Source: Myxococcales bacterium
GTDB taxonomy: Bacteria; Myxococcota; UBA727; JABDBI01
Length of the DNA: 64,000 nucleotides
Direction: 5' to 3'
Assembly: GCA_023248545.1 (NCBI GenBank)
Contig: JAHFEF010000002.1
Location: forward strand, 14,908 to 78,907
The notes below the pieces were generated by a model. The model was not told the origin of the DNA. It was given only the letters and a program-made list of their open reading frames with translations, and did not search any database. Positions 17,647-27,792 of the stretch are shown piece by piece. Every line of letters begins with the position of its first letter. Position 1 is the stretch's first letter. The translations under genes were made by a program, and so were the position numbers.

Positions 17647-19146
17647 ATGACTCCCCGCTCAGTAGCCATTATCGATTTCGGGTCGCAAACGACGCAGTTA
17701 ATCGCGAGGCGATGTCGAGAGCTTAAAGTATACTCGCAGATTTATCCGTGTCATATTTCTGCCAAATCCCTCGAAAATCACGCGGCGATTATTTTGTCTG
17801 GTGGACCCGCCAGCGTAAACAGCGATTTTTCGCCCAGCTTACCCGAAGGGCTCTTGGAACTAGGTAAGCCGATTTTAGGCATTTGTTATGGCCTGCAAGC
17901 CCTGAGCAAAGCTCTGGGCGGCCAGGTCAGTGCCTGCAGCCACCGGGAATTTGGCTCCGCTTCCATTCAACTCAACACAACTTCGAAGCTGTTTGACAGC
18001 CTGGATAGTCAACTGGAAGTTTGGATGAGCCATGGAGACCAAGTCACCCGGCTCCCCGAAGGTTTTACCTGCCTCGCCTCCACGCCTACCTGCCCCCATG
18101 CGGCAGTTGTCCACGAATCTAAGCTGATTTATGGCGTGCAATTTCACCCTGAAGTCACACACACAAAATTGGGCACCCAGATTATTTCGAATTTCTTATT
18201 CAAGATTGCTCAGCTAGAACCCAGCTATCAATTGGCTGATTTTCTTGAAACCGAGATCGCTCGAATCAAACAAGAAGTTGGCGATGCCCAAGTGATCATG
18301 GCACTCTCTGGTGGTGTGGACTCGTCTGTTACAGCCAAATTGATCCAAGACGCTATCGGAGAACAGCTGGTTTCTATCTATGTCAACCATGGCTTGCATA
18401 GACTCGGAGAAATCGAAGAAATCAGCAGCCTTAAGTTAAATATTGTCGACGCACAAAATCGCTTTTTTGAAAACCTAATCGGCGTCACAGATCCTGAACA
18501 AAAACGCAAAATTATCGGTCGGACTTTTATCGAAGTTTTCGAAGAAGAGGCTCAAAAATACCCCAATGCCAAATTTTTAGGCCAAGGAACTCTTTACCCC
18601 GATGTCATCGAGTCGCAGTCAGCTTTTGGGGGCCCGAGTGATATTATCAAAAGCCATCATAATGTCGGCGGCTTGCCAGAGCGCATGAACCTGAAGCTTT
18701 TAGAACCGCTGAGAACACTGTTCAAAGACGAAGTGCGTGAACTCGGCAAATTATTGGGACTTCCAGAAAAATGGGTCCAGCGTCAACCGTTTCCAGGGCC
18801 TGGCTTGGCAATTAGAATCCTAGGCGAAGTGAGACCTGAACGCTGCAAGCTATTGGCTCAGGCTGATTTAATCGTCCGCCAAGAGATTAGTGGCAACTAT
18901 TGGCAATATTTTGCCGTGTTATTGCCCGTCAAAAGCGTGGGCGTCATGGGCGACGCCAGAAGCTATGGCGAGACGATTTGTGTACGTTGCATTGAAAGCG
19001 AAGATGGGATGTCCGCAGATTGGGCCTACTTGCCCAGAGAAGTGCTGGCCAAAATTTCAAATCGGATCATGAATGAAGTTTCTGGCATTACCCGGGTAGT
19101 TTATGATATTAGCTCCAAACCGCCCTCAACGATAGAATGGGAATGA
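17647..19146 (+). CDS. guaA: GMP synthase (glutamine-hydrolysing)
   Basis: 499 aa. GATase1 domain (GICYGLQ), ATP pyrophosphatase SGGVDSSV, C-terminal dimerisation domain. Confidence 0.9.
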   Translation: MTPRSVAIIDFGSQTTQLIARRCRELKVYSQIYPCHISAKSLENHAAIILSGGPASVNSDFSPSLPEGLLELGKPILGICYGLQALSKALGGQVSACSHREFGSASIQLNTTSKLFDSLDSQLEVWMSHGDQVTRLPEGFTCLASTPTCPHAAVVHESKLIYGVQFHPEVTHTKLGTQIISNFLFKIAQLEPSYQLADFLETEIARIKQEVGDAQVIMALSGGVDSSVTAKLIQDAIGEQLVSIYVNHGLHRLGEIEEISSLKLNIVDAQNRFFENLIGVTDPEQKRKIIGRTFIEVFEEEAQKYPNAKFLGQGTLYPDVIESQSAFGGPSDIIKSHHNVGGLPERMNLKLLEPLRTLFKDEVRELGKLLGLPEKWVQRQPFPGPGLAIRILGEVRPERCKLLAQADLIVRQEISGNYWQYFAVLLPVKSVGVMGDARSYGETICVRCIESEDGMSADWAYLPREVLAKISNRIMNEVSGITRVVYDISSKPPSTIEWE

Positions 19147-19147
19147 C

Positions 19148-19702
19148 ATGAACGCCAGAAATAAATACACCCCGCCTGAACGCCTGGTCTGGATCGACCT
19201 CGAGATGACTGGGTTGGATGAAAAGACTTGTGTGATTTTGCAAGCCGCCATGATTATCACCGATGGTAACCTGAATGAGATCGCCAGCATCGATGCAACG
19301 GTATGGCAGCCCGAATCGGCTTTGCTCAATATGGTGCCCATTGTGAAAGACATGCACACCAAGAATGGCCTCTTGAAAAAAGTTCGCTCTTCCGAGTTGT
19401 CCTTGGATGAAGTGGAACAACAGTTCATGAAGATTTTAAGCGAGCACGTGACCTATCAAAAAGGCTACCTGGCCGGCAATTCGATCTACATGGATCGCCA
19501 GTTTTTGAGCGCCCATATGCCCAGCATTGATAGCTATTTAAACTATCGGCAGCTCGATGTTTCTTCGATTAAGATTCTGGCCCAAGAATGGTACAAGCTG
19601 AAAGCCCCCAAAAAGCCCAGCACGCACACTGCCCTGGAAGATATTAAGCAGAGCATCGAAGAACTTAAATTTTTTAGGGATCACTGTTTCAAACCTTTGT
19701 GA
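19148..19702 (+). CDS. orn: Oligoribonuclease
   Basis: 184 aa. DEDDh exonuclease motifs (LVWIDLEMTGLD, YLAGNSIYMDRQFL, HTALEDI). Confidence 0.85.
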   Translation: MNARNKYTPPERLVWIDLEMTGLDEKTCVILQAAMIITDGNLNEIASIDATVWQPESALLNMVPIVKDMHTKNGLLKKVRSSELSLDEVEQQFMKILSEHVTYQKGYLAGNSIYMDRQFLSAHMPSIDSYLNYRQLDVSSIKILAQEWYKLKAPKKPSTHTALEDIKQSIEELKFFRDHCFKPL

Positions 19703-20334
19703 ATGAGTTCGTATTAATCATACAAATCGCGCTAGTCGTTGGCACGTCGGTGCTTGCTGCGCGCGTGAGCAAAGAAGCGCTGTTTATTTTGATCAGCTTG
19801 CAGGCGGTTACGGCAAACTTGTTGGTGCTCAAGCAAGTCTATTTGTTTGGTCTTCACGTGACCTGCTCAGACGCCTTTGCGATTGGCAGTATTTTAAGCT
19901 TAAACTTGCTTCAGGAACGCTTTGGCCGAGAAGAATCTCAGCGTGCGACGTGGCTGTGTTTTGGGAGCATGCTGTTTTTTGCGCTCAGTACCCAGATACA
20001 CTTGCTGTATACTCCGAGCGCAGCTGACACCATGCATGGGCATTATGCAAAGTTACTCAGTCCAGCGCCCAGATTGTTTTTGGCTTCTATCGCGTCTTTT
20101 TTTCTCGTTCAGCAATTTGATGTCAGATTCTATGCTTTCTTAAAACGGCGATTATCCAGTTGGCGCTGGGGAACGCGCAGCACGATTTCGCTGCTGGCCT
20201 CGCAATTTTTGGATACGTTTTTATTCAGCACGCTGGGTCTTTGGGGCTTGGTGGACTCTCTTCCCCAGATATTTATATTTAGCTATGCTATGAAAATATT
20301 GATTATTTTTGTGATTTGGATTCTGGCTAGATGA
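19699..20334 (+). CDS. Queuosine-precursor transporter (YhhQ/QueT family, DUF165)
   Basis: 211 aa polytopic membrane protein. Family resemblance plus position immediately upstream of tgt, overlapping it by 4 nt. Confidence 0.7.
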   Translation: MNEFVLIIQIALVVGTSVLAARVSKEALFILISLQAVTANLLVLKQVYLFGLHVTCSDAFAIGSILSLNLLQERFGREESQRATWLCFGSMLFFALSTQIHLLYTPSAADTMHGHYAKLLSPAPRLFLASIASFFLVQQFDVRFYAFLKRRLSSWRWGTRSTISLLASQFLDTFLFSTLGLWGLVDSLPQIFIFSYAMKILIIFVIWILAR

Positions 20335-21455
20335 AGTTTGAAATTTTATATCAGTCTAAGAAGTCTCGCGCACGCGTGGGCCGCATTCATACGCCTCATG
20401 GTGTGATCGATACCCCTAATTTCGTCGCTGTTGGAACCAACGGTTCTATCAAGGGCTTAGACAGTCTGGTGGTAGAAAATTTGGGCATTCAGCTGATGTT
20501 TTGCAACACATATCACCTGTTGCTTCAACCAGGTTCGAAGCTCATACAACAAGCCGGTGGTCTGCACCGGTTTATGAACCGAACGGCACCCATTATTACA
20601 GACTCCGGTGGGTTTCAGGTGTTTAGTTTGGCTTACGGTGGCGTTGCCAGCGAACTTAAAAGCCAAGGTACTAAAAAAACAGACGCCAGTGTGGTCAAAA
20701 TCACCGAAGATGGCGTTTGGTTTAAGTCTTATAGAAATGGCGACAAGATTTTCTTAACGCCCGAAAGTTCGATTCAGGCTCAAAAAGAGCTGGGCGCGGA
20801 TATCATGATTAGCTTTGACGAGCTGCCGCCGTATCATACAGACCAGCAGTCGCTTGAAAAATCGCTCGAACGCACGCACCGATGGGAAAAGCGTTCTCTC
20901 GATGCCCATTTAGCAAATCCCAATCATCAAGCTTTATATGCCGTGATTCACGGCGGTGTAGATATTAACTTACGCAAAAAGAGCTGCGAATATTTGAGCA
21001 GCCTGCCTTTTGATGGTTTTGGAATCGGTGGCAGCTTGGGCAAAAATAAGCCCGAAATGATCAACATGCTGACGCAGGTCATGCCCTCTGTGCCCACAGA
21101 GCGCCCGAATCACTTGCTGGGAATTGGAGACCTGCCATCTATTGCTGAGTGTATTCCATTGGGGCTGGATACTTTTGATAGTTCATACCCAACCAAAGCG
21201 GCCCGGCACGGGACCATTTTAACGCCGGATAACCAGCACTATAACGTGACGCGAACGAGATTTGCACTGCATCAAAGACCCTTGGTGGATGACTGCACCT
21301 GCTATACCTGTCAAAACTACACGGCTTCTTATTTGCAGCATCTGTTTCGAGCCCACGAAACAACAGCCATGAACTTAGCAAGCATACACAACTTGCATGT
21401 CATGGTGACCGTCATGGCTGAGTATAGGCGCAAAATTGCAGATGGCGAGATTTAA
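20331..21455 (+). CDS. tgt: Queuine tRNA-ribosyltransferase
   Basis: 374 aa: TPNFVAVGTNGSIKG, DSGGFQV, Zn site CTCYTC...H. Confidence 0.9.
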   Translation: MKFEILYQSKKSRARVGRIHTPHGVIDTPNFVAVGTNGSIKGLDSLVVENLGIQLMFCNTYHLLLQPGSKLIQQAGGLHRFMNRTAPIITDSGGFQVFSLAYGGVASELKSQGTKKTDASVVKITEDGVWFKSYRNGDKIFLTPESSIQAQKELGADIMISFDELPPYHTDQQSLEKSLERTHRWEKRSLDAHLANPNHQALYAVIHGGVDINLRKKSCEYLSSLPFDGFGIGGSLGKNKPEMINMLTQVMPSVPTERPNHLLGIGDLPSIAECIPLGLDTFDSSYPTKAARHGTILTPDNQHYNVTRTRFALHQRPLVDDCTCYTCQNYTASYLQHLFRAHETTAMNLASIHNLHVMVTVMAEYRRKIADGEI

Positions 21456-21496
21456 AAGCTGTGCTAGCTTAGTCGCCTTAATAAGGAGATTTCCCG

Positions 21497-22096
21497 ATGT
21501 TCAGCTTGATTCAAAAACCAGCCCCAGATTTCTCGGCCGATACGGTCATGGCCAATGGTGAGTTTACCAAACTTAGTTTGTCTAGCTTCAAAGACAAAAA
21601 ATATGTCTGTTTGTTCTTCTATCCCCTTGATTTTACGTTTGTTTGTCCTTCTGAAATACTCTCTTTCTCACATAAAGCCAAAGAATTCGAAGACCGAAAT
21701 ACGCAGATTTTGGGCGTCTCTGTAGACTCGAAGTTTAGCCACTTTGCGTGGAGACAAACGGCGGTTGATCAAGGCGGTATTGGGGCCATTAATTTCCCAT
21801 TGGTTTCTGATCTGACAAAAGAAATTTCGCGTGACTATGGCGTATTGGTCGACGATGCTGTCGCTTTGCGTGGTACATTCTTGATTGATAAATCGGGTGT
21901 TGTCAGACATGCGACGCTCAACGATTTGCCGTTGGGCCGAAATGTCGATGAAACCCTCAGAATGATTGATGCCCTGCAGCACACCGAGCAATATGGCGAA
22001 GTTTGCCCAGCGGGTTGGAAAAAAGGTCAGACCGCCATGAAACCGACGGCTGCGGGCGTTGCGTCTTACCTGAAGGAAAACGCGGCACGGTTGTAG
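21497..22096 (+). CDS. 2-Cys peroxiredoxin (AhpC/Tsa family)
   Basis: 199 aa. FYPLDFTFVCPSEI peroxidatic Cys and resolving Cys in EVCPAGW. Strong SD (aaggag) upstream. Confidence 0.9.
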   Translation: MFSLIQKPAPDFSADTVMANGEFTKLSLSSFKDKKYVCLFFYPLDFTFVCPSEILSFSHKAKEFEDRNTQILGVSVDSKFSHFAWRQTAVDQGGIGAINFPLVSDLTKEISRDYGVLVDDAVALRGTFLIDKSGVVRHATLNDLPLGRNVDETLRMIDALQHTEQYGEVCPAGWKKGQTAMKPTAAGVASYLKENAARL

Positions 22097-22135
22097 GTAA
22101 CCCTGGATTGACATGTGGCAATAAAGCAATAAAAT

Positions 22136-23341
22136 ATGCGAACTTCTATGAGATTAGTAATTTGCATATTTTTTGCTCTCTTGATCGCTTGCGGGCCCCA
22201 ACCTAGCCGCGAGCCTCAAAAAATCAGCTACAAGATTACTCCTCAAAACAATAGTTTTTTGGTTGAGATGAGTCACGACGGTATGGGAACTATCACCCTC
22301 CCGCCAGACTCAAAAGCCTCCGTGAATTACCGGCTATTAACCGGAACCAAAGACTACCCGATTCGCTATGAAGTGACCCCAAAATCCCTAGAACCTAGAG
22401 CTCAAGATACGGTTCTCACAGAAGACTTCTTTCAGGTCGTCGGGCACGGTTTTTTGGCCTGTTTAGGCAATAATTTAAACGAAAAAAAATCCGTCCAAAT
22501 TATTTGGAATGCCCCTATGCGCTGGAAGTTTGCCAACTCTTTTCATGCCGATCAAACCGAACAGAATTTCGAAGCCAAATGTTCAGATTTGCGCAAAGCT
22601 CTGTATGTTGGGGGATATGATTTGCCGATTCGGAAAACTTGGTTTGGAGTGGCGTGGGTACTGAAAGGCAAGTTCGATAACCTAAGGCCCACCCAAATCG
22701 AAGCTGCCCTGACCCATAACCTGCTCCGCGTGCGTAAGTTTTGGAATGCCCAACCAATCCCGGAGTACTATTTTGTCTCTATCCGTGTCATCAACAGCGA
22801 GTCACTCGGCGGCACAGCTCACTTTCAGTCTTTTCAGCTCAATCTGCCATCCAAACAAGAAAGTGATTTGAGACTCGACTATTTGATCACCCATGAGTAC
22901 TTTCATCATTGGAACGGGCTCAAAATAAATCTGGTGCCCTCTTCGGATACGGTCGATCTCGATGTCTGGTGGTTTGTAGAAGGCTTCACGGATTATTATG
23001 CCTATAAACTCAGTGAGCTGGAGCCTGTTGAAAATAAAGATTTTAAAAATGTCAAGTTAGAAGAGCTCAAACGAAACTATCGTCACAACCACACCTACCC
23101 TGGTATTCCCTATGTTCAGGGTCGACACATCGCCAATAAGTTCGAAGATCAGATTAGTCGCTACTCATCAGGCAAAGAGCTCAAACATGTCATGCACGAG
23201 ATTATTCAGCGTTCTCAAGACCCAAATTTCTATCTGACACGTGAAAATATTTTGAAAGTTCTGTGCGAAGGCCAATACATGTCTTGTGCCGGAGCGCATG
23301 CCATTCTCAAAGACTACGTTGAGCAGGGCATCTCACTCTAG
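22136..23341 (+). CDS. Zinc metallopeptidase lipoprotein (HExxH; M61/M1-like)
   Basis: 401 aa. Lipoprotein signal with lipobox LLIAC. The motif THEYFHHWNG resembles the M61 glycyl aminopeptidase HEFFHxWN motif. Confidence 0.55.
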   Translation: MRTSMRLVICIFFALLIACGPQPSREPQKISYKITPQNNSFLVEMSHDGMGTITLPPDSKASVNYRLLTGTKDYPIRYEVTPKSLEPRAQDTVLTEDFFQVVGHGFLACLGNNLNEKKSVQIIWNAPMRWKFANSFHADQTEQNFEAKCSDLRKALYVGGYDLPIRKTWFGVAWVLKGKFDNLRPTQIEAALTHNLLRVRKFWNAQPIPEYYFVSIRVINSESLGGTAHFQSFQLNLPSKQESDLRLDYLITHEYFHHWNGLKINLVPSSDTVDLDVWWFVEGFTDYYAYKLSELEPVENKDFKNVKLEELKRNYRHNHTYPGIPYVQGRHIANKFEDQISRYSSGKELKHVMHEIIQRSQDPNFYLTRENILKVLCEGQYMSCAGAHAILKDYVEQGISL

Positions 23342-24865
23342 TTTCATGGTGAGCTCTTCGGATTCTTTCTCAGTTAACAAACTGGACTCCAACGAATCTC
23401 GATAAGAGACACGAGCAATTTGTTTGAGCTGTCTTTGAATCGCTGCCAGTCTCAAAGCGGCGGCCTGTTGAAAATCTGGATCTTCTTGTCTTTCTTCCAA
23501 GCGTTTTAAGATTTCAACACGTTCGGCTTGTAAACTGGCAATCAAAGCTTTGGCTGCTGGTAAATCTTGTGAAGACAGTTTCGAAACGGCCTCGAGTTGG
23601 GCTTTGATGGCTTTGAGCCTGGCCAGGCTCTTATTCAAAAAAGACACGGCTTCGGTTCGAACAGGCACCAAGTTAAGCCAACGCAATAAAATCCCAATGG
23701 TCGAACCCTGAAATACGACAGACAGCACCACCACCCCAAAAGTCATGGCAATCAAAGTGTCTTTGAACGCAATCGAATCTGGCAAAGAGAGCACCAGCAC
23801 CATGGAGAGTGCACCCCGTAAACCTGCCCACCACACCATCGTCGCATTTTTGGCTCCCAGGGGCTGGCCCATGCGACGTAAAATAGGCAACGAGCCATAC
23901 ACGGACACCGCACGCGAGGCCTGTACGGCGATATAAGCGATCGCAATGACAGATGCATTATTTAATAAGAGGGGCACGGAGACTTCCAAGCCCATCATTA
24001 AAAACACAATGCTGCTGATAAAAAACGACACATACTCCCAAAAGCTGGTCACAGCGATTCGAGTATTCGGGTTAAAGCCTCTCTTGGATCCAAAATTACC
24101 CACAAATAAACCGGCCATCACCGTCGCTAGGACACCTGACATATGAATTCTTTCGGCAATCAAATAAGACCCATAGGCCGTCACCGTCGTGATCGCGATG
24201 GCAATTAAATGATCTTCTGCCAGAGAAATCACAAATCCAGCAAATAGTCCTAAAATCGACCCAATTAATAACCCACCCATCGAGTAGCTGATTAATTGCA
24301 CCAAGCTGTCCGACCAATCAAAGTGCCCAACACTCAAAGCCACCAAAACGGCATGATAAAAAACGATGGCTGTCCCATCGTTGAATAGGCTCTCGCCTTC
24401 AATCAAGAGGGACAGCCGCCGCTCGACACCCAATTGTCTCAATAAGCTAATAACAGAGACCGGATCGGTCGCAGCAATGATCGTTCCAAATAGCAAAAAA
24501 TGCAAAAAGCCAACATGCTGGGATAAACCCAATGTTTTAAAACTGACTTGCAGAACCAGAGCTGTAATCACGGCGGCAATTAACACACCCGGCAAAGCCA
24601 AAGTTGCGATCGTGGGTGAATACTGCCGGAGTTCATGCGCGGGGAAGTGAATCGCCGCTTCAAAGAGCAAAGCGGGCAAAAAAATTGTTAACAATAAGCC
24701 TGGCGTTAGTTTCAAATTGGGCACCACATGCAAAGCATTAATGCCAATACCCACCAACACGAGCGATACTGTGTAAGGCACTTTAATGCGTGCGGCGACA
24801 ATGCCCACAATCGTCGCGACGATCATGAGCGAAACAAGGGCCTGGATGGTTTCTAATTCAGTCAT
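23333..24865 (-). CDS. Na+(K+)/H+ antiporter, CPA1 family (NhaP-type), with C-terminal cytoplasmic domain
   Basis: 510 aa; about 11 TM helices followed by a coiled-coil tail. Confidence 0.8.
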   Translation of the reverse strand: MTELETIQALVSLMIVATIVGIVAARIKVPYTVSLVLVGIGINALHVVPNLKLTPGLLLTIFLPALLFEAAIHFPAHELRQYSPTIATLALPGVLIAAVITALVLQVSFKTLGLSQHVGFLHFLLFGTIIAATDPVSVISLLRQLGVERRLSLLIEGESLFNDGTAIVFYHAVLVALSVGHFDWSDSLVQLISYSMGGLLIGSILGLFAGFVISLAEDHLIAIAITTVTAYGSYLIAERIHMSGVLATVMAGLFVGNFGSKRGFNPNTRIAVTSFWEYVSFFISSIVFLMMGLEVSVPLLLNNASVIAIAYIAVQASRAVSVYGSLPILRRMGQPLGAKNATMVWWAGLRGALSMVLVLSLPDSIAFKDTLIAMTFGVVVLSVVFQGSTIGILLRWLNLVPVRTEAVSFLNKSLARLKAIKAQLEAVSKLSSQDLPAAKALIASLQAERVEILKRLEERQEDPDFQQAAALRLAAIQRQLKQIARVSYRDSLESSLLTEKESEELTMKLE

Positions 24866-26463
24866 AATAACACCGGGAAACTTTTTTCATAATATTTCAA
24901 AAATGCTTTTTCTGAGTCCGTTAACTGCTTCTCGTCAATGAGTCGAGCATCTAAAGGACAAAATGATAGTGGGACGATTTTGAGATAGCCAGGGTAATCC
25001 GGGTCAGCCACAGCTGTGACCAAATTTTCGATCCGGACGCCCCCAAAACCTTCGATATAGATCCCTGGCTCGATGGAGAATATTTGCGATTCTTCAATCG
25101 GGGCAGTTCCAGCGGTCGAAATACGTGGCGGATCTTCGTGGACATTGACACCCACCCCATGACCAGTTCCATGGTTATAGTTGTAGCCCAAACGCCAAAT
25201 GGGATCTCGGACAATCGCATCGAGCTGAACCCCTGTGGTTCCTTTTGGAAATCGGGCGCTCATCCCTGCAATGGAGCCTTTTAAGACGGCCGTAAAGATT
25301 TTTTTCTGGAAATCACTGGCTTTTTGGGTAGGGCCACCGAGCAAAAACGTCCGTGTTAAGTCCGTGGCATAGCCGCCTTCATAATAGGCTCCTGAGTCGA
25401 GTAAAAACAGATCGCCGGCTTTAAGGGGTTCTTTGGTTTCGGGAGTTCCATGGTGAATCTGCGCGCCATTTTTGCCGCCACCACAAATGGGCTTAAACGA
25501 CAAACCGGTTACACCCGATTTTTTGTATTCTTCCCGGACTTTCTCATCGACCGAGCTTTCGGTAATGGGGGTTTTTTGGTTGATTTGATCACACACCCAG
25601 GCTTGTACGGTTGCAACCACTCGGTCAGCCCGTGCAATTGCGCTGCGCATATGATTCAGCTCGGACGGGTTCTTGATCGATTTCATGTGCTGAAACGGAC
25701 TTTTCACGAATATAATTTCAGCACCAGCATGTTCTAATTCTCGTCGAACGGCTTCGGGCGTGAGCATGGGGTCTAACCCCACTCGGGAGGCTTTTTTAAT
25801 AAACATCGGGCCGCTCAGCAGCTCCAAGCGATCCGGATAAGCCAAGGCACGGGCCGAAAAAACAGCCTGATAGGGGAATTCACTGCTGCGTTGATTGGTT
25901 AACCAAGCGATCTCGTCTAACGGCACAACCAAAAACGCATCTAGCTTGTTGTCTTCGAAAAATTGGGCGGCTCGCTTGAGGCGTCCGACCGTGCTATCCC
26001 CCGTGATGCTCTCGGAAACTTCCCAGGTTTTTGGCTTGCCCACCGTAGCCTTGGCGTAGGCGGGCCCGAACACTGGCAATTCACCCAAATCAAATTTTTT
26101 GAGCTTTTCGAACAAGTTAACCGAGATGCGATCGCTTTCAACGCCGATTTTCAGTTTGCCCCAGGTTTCCAGCTCGGCCATCCAACCGCTTTCAATCGAT
26201 TGCCCAAGCGGCAACACGCGGACTTCAAAATCCGGCGCCTCGGCTTTGGCCTGGATGGCATATCGGCCATCGACAAACAAAATCGCTTTATCTTGGGTGA
26301 CAAGCACATCGCCTACAGAACCTGTAAAACCGGTCAAATAGGCGCGGCGGCTTTGTTCAGTGGGCACATATTCGTTTAAAAAACAGTCTGTTGAGCGTAC
26401 CAACGCGCCCTGCAGCTGATTATCCCGAAGCAATTTGCGAAAGTCAGTAAGGCGCTGGTTCAT
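24862..26463 (-). CDS. Xaa-Pro aminopeptidase (M24B) with N-terminal creatinase-like domain
   Basis: 533 aa. Metal ligands D...D...HGTGHGVG...E...E in the pita-bread fold. Confidence 0.85.
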   Translation of the reverse strand: MNQRLTDFRKLLRDNQLQGALVRSTDCFLNEYVPTEQSRRAYLTGFTGSVGDVLVTQDKAILFVDGRYAIQAKAEAPDFEVRVLPLGQSIESGWMAELETWGKLKIGVESDRISVNLFEKLKKFDLGELPVFGPAYAKATVGKPKTWEVSESITGDSTVGRLKRAAQFFEDNKLDAFLVVPLDEIAWLTNQRSSEFPYQAVFSARALAYPDRLELLSGPMFIKKASRVGLDPMLTPEAVRRELEHAGAEIIFVKSPFQHMKSIKNPSELNHMRSAIARADRVVATVQAWVCDQINQKTPITESSVDEKVREEYKKSGVTGLSFKPICGGGKNGAQIHHGTPETKEPLKAGDLFLLDSGAYYEGGYATDLTRTFLLGGPTQKASDFQKKIFTAVLKGSIAGMSARFPKGTTGVQLDAIVRDPIWRLGYNYNHGTGHGVGVNVHEDPPRISTAGTAPIEESQIFSIEPGIYIEGFGGVRIENLVTAVADPDYPGYLKIVPLSFCPLDARLIDEKQLTDSEKAFLKYYEKSFPVLL

Positions 26464-26515
26464 AGGAGGGGTTTATAACCCACTTTGCACCCTCAAGCAA
26501 TTTCTGTAAGTTTGA

Positions 26516-26782
26516 TTGTCTATGAGATTGATTTGGATAATTTTGATCCTGAGCCTGACAGCTTGCAGTCCGTGCAAAAAACTGGCTGAAAAAATTTGTG
26601 ACTGTGAAAAAAGCCAGTCTGCCAGAAATGCCTGCAAGAAGGGCCTTGATCTACGGGGTCAGCATAAAGCATTCTCAAAAGCCGAGGACAATGCACGGTG
26701 CCAAGCGGTTTTGGATAGTTCTGATTGCACGTGCGATGCGCTGGCTGCCAATCAATATGAAAAATGTGGGTTTACCCGATAA
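26516..26782 (+). CDS. Small Cys-rich lipoprotein
   Basis: 88 aa. Lipobox LTAC, 10 Cys. Confidence 0.45.
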   Translation: MSMRLIWIILILSLTACSPCKKLAEKICDCEKSQSARNACKKGLDLRGQHKAFSKAEDNARCQAVLDSSDCTCDALAANQYEKCGFTR

Positions 26783-27534
26783 TGGCACGATTTAAATTAA
26801 GAAACGCTTTGTTTATTTTACCGAATGCTTTTACAGTCTCGTCGATTTTTTGTGGCATGTATGCGATCTTGCACGGTCTAACAGGCAATACGCCCGAAAG
26901 CTTGTATGAATCTGCGATTGCTGTATTTTTCGCTGGATTTTTTGATACGTTTGATGGCCGTGTTGCCCGAATCACCAGGACGCAAAGTGAATTCGGTGTC
27001 CAGCTAGATTCACTCGCCGATGTGATCAGTTTTGGAGCAGCTCCAGCATTATTGGTCTACAAATGGGCTTTGCTGCCGCTGGGGCCTATTGGATTTCTAG
27101 GCGCTTTTTTCTACGCAGCCTGCGGGGCGATTCGGTTAGCACGATTTAATGTCTTGGCGGCCAGAGACAAAGGCACTGGAGAATATTTTACTGGGCTTCC
27201 AATTCCGCTGGCAGCGTCTGTGTTGATTGCCTCGTTGGTTGCGCACTTGAAACTATTTGATGGCCTGGCCGTCAAGCATCCGACGTGGATTTTAACACTC
27301 ATGATCATCATGGGATTGCTGATGGTCAGTACGATTCCCTATTGGACGTTTAAGAATTCAAAACCCAATCGCCAGACAGCCATTTTGGCATTTGCTCTGA
27401 TCTTGGGAGCTTGGTGGTTTAGGTTGCATTACCCAATCAGCTTAGGGTTGGTTTGTCTCTTAGGAATTTATATTCTCGCGGGGCTGGCAAGATTCCTGGC
27501 AATTCGATTATACTGGCGACCTAAGGAGCGTTAA
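26764..27534 (+). CDS. pssA: CDP-diacylglycerol--serine O-phosphatidyltransferase (CDP-alcohol phosphatidyltransferase family)
   Basis: 256 aa. DGRVARITRTQSEFGVQLDSLADVISFGAAPA matches the D-G-x2-A-R...G...D-x3-D signature. Polytopic. Confidence 0.8.
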   Translation: MWVYPIMARFKLRNALFILPNAFTVSSIFCGMYAILHGLTGNTPESLYESAIAVFFAGFFDTFDGRVARITRTQSEFGVQLDSLADVISFGAAPALLVYKWALLPLGPIGFLGAFFYAACGAIRLARFNVLAARDKGTGEYFTGLPIPLAASVLIASLVAHLKLFDGLAVKHPTWILTLMIIMGLLMVSTIPYWTFKNSKPNRQTAILAFALILGAWWFRLHYPISLGLVCLLGIYILAGLARFLAIRLYWRPKER

Positions 27535-27537
27535 CCG

Positions 27538-27792
27538 ATGCAAAATATGAAATCCTGTCGCTGTCCACATCACTCAATGACCGCAATTTTTCTGGTTCTT
27601 CTGGCCCTTACGATCTTTCTAGGTAATGCCGGGGTGATCGCTGAACATACAGCCAGTATGATCTGGCCTGTATTCTTGGGGCTGATTGGTCTTCAAAAAG
27701 TCTTTGGGCGCCGTTGCAAGTGCTGCGCGGGTGAAGGCTGCCAATGTGGTTGCTGTACAGGCAGTGAATCTCAGTCTGGCAAATGCTGCTGA
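27538..27792 (+). CDS. Small membrane protein with Cys-rich C-terminus (possible metal-binding)
   Basis: 84 aa, two TM helices, then RRCKCCAGEGCQCGCCTGSESQSGKCC. Lies 4 nt after pssA. Confidence 0.45.
   Translation: MQNMKSCRCPHHSMTAIFLVLLALTIFLGNAGVIAEHTASMIWPVFLGLIGLQKVFGRRCKCCAGEGCQCGCCTGSESQSGKCC

Noticed and set aside
27538-27792. Considered whether the Cys-rich 84-aa protein is the RiPP precursor for the PqqD/NTase pair
   Set aside because: It is on the opposite strand and convergent with the NTase. It has two predicted TM helices and a start 4 nt after pssA, so it belongs to the pssA transcription unit. The minus-strand 39-aa ORF is a better candidate.
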